From a virus (Duplodnaviria > Caudoviricetes), in the IMG/VR virus record IMGVR_UViG_3300040733_000122, positions 1 to 45,697 of that record: a stretch of 45,697 bases of DNA; one strand, 5' to 3'. The translations under genes were made by a program, and so were the position numbers. The notes beneath the pieces are model-generated. The model had not been told where the DNA came from and ran no database searches. It saw nothing but the letters and a program-made list of their open reading frames with translations. Position 1 is the first letter of the stretch. The number at the start of each line of letters is the position of its first letter. Of this stretch, positions 45,460 to 45,697 are shown in pieces.

Positions 45460-45697
45460 CGAAATAATATTTAAACAATGGCAACGATAGAGGTTCAGAA
45501 GAGCCGATCCAAGGACATACAAAGAAGGGCCCCGGGGAGGGGCCCAAATGTCATGCAATACAATCTGCCGAGCATCGCGGCTAAAATGAGTAATAGTTTT
45601 TATTAAAAGTAGAAAATTTATGAGAAGAATCAAAGTTTAATTGAATTGGGTTGTTAAACTTCAGATCATAGGAAGTATACTTTGCATCATTATTCAT

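Noticed and set aside
44516-45547. Minus-strand ORFs 44516..44956, 44719..44925 and 45149..45547
   Set aside because: They overlap the RelA/SpoT-like gene, terminator, repeats or the methylase pseudogene and show no independent coding signature.

Overview
The window is an apparently near-complete temperate siphovirus-like prophage. The host is inferred to be a Bacteroidota bacterium from TAnnTTTG promoter boxes and gene content. From left to right it holds a tyrosine integrase (+), then a long minus-strand block: tail genes, four signal-peptide-bearing fibre/adhesin-like genes, lysis genes, tape measure, neck, portal, terminase, two glycan-transfer enzymes, tail tube, capsid, scaffold and S49 protease. 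After that come an origin-like TGTAAC palindrome array, a lipoprotein moron, an antirepressor with a structured leader, a diversity-generating retroelement (DGR), a primase-helicase, a cro/cI switch, and a plus-strand NA37-like + RelA/SpoT-like gene pair. The strongest signals are: (1) a DGR whose single 81-nt template repeat diversifies two tandem, small, non-tail early proteins, with all internal mismatches at template adenines and no recognisable Avd; (2) a putative virion-glycosylation module in the head/tail cluster, whose Stealth-like enzyme carries a copy of a domain from the neighbouring phage protein; (3) a six-copy TGTCCTTTT-N19-TAnnnTTG late-promoter motif with invariant spacing; (4) a c4-like antisense leader upstream of the antirepressor; (5) a candidate two-gene defence system. 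Product calls come from recognised motifs and synteny only; no database search was run.
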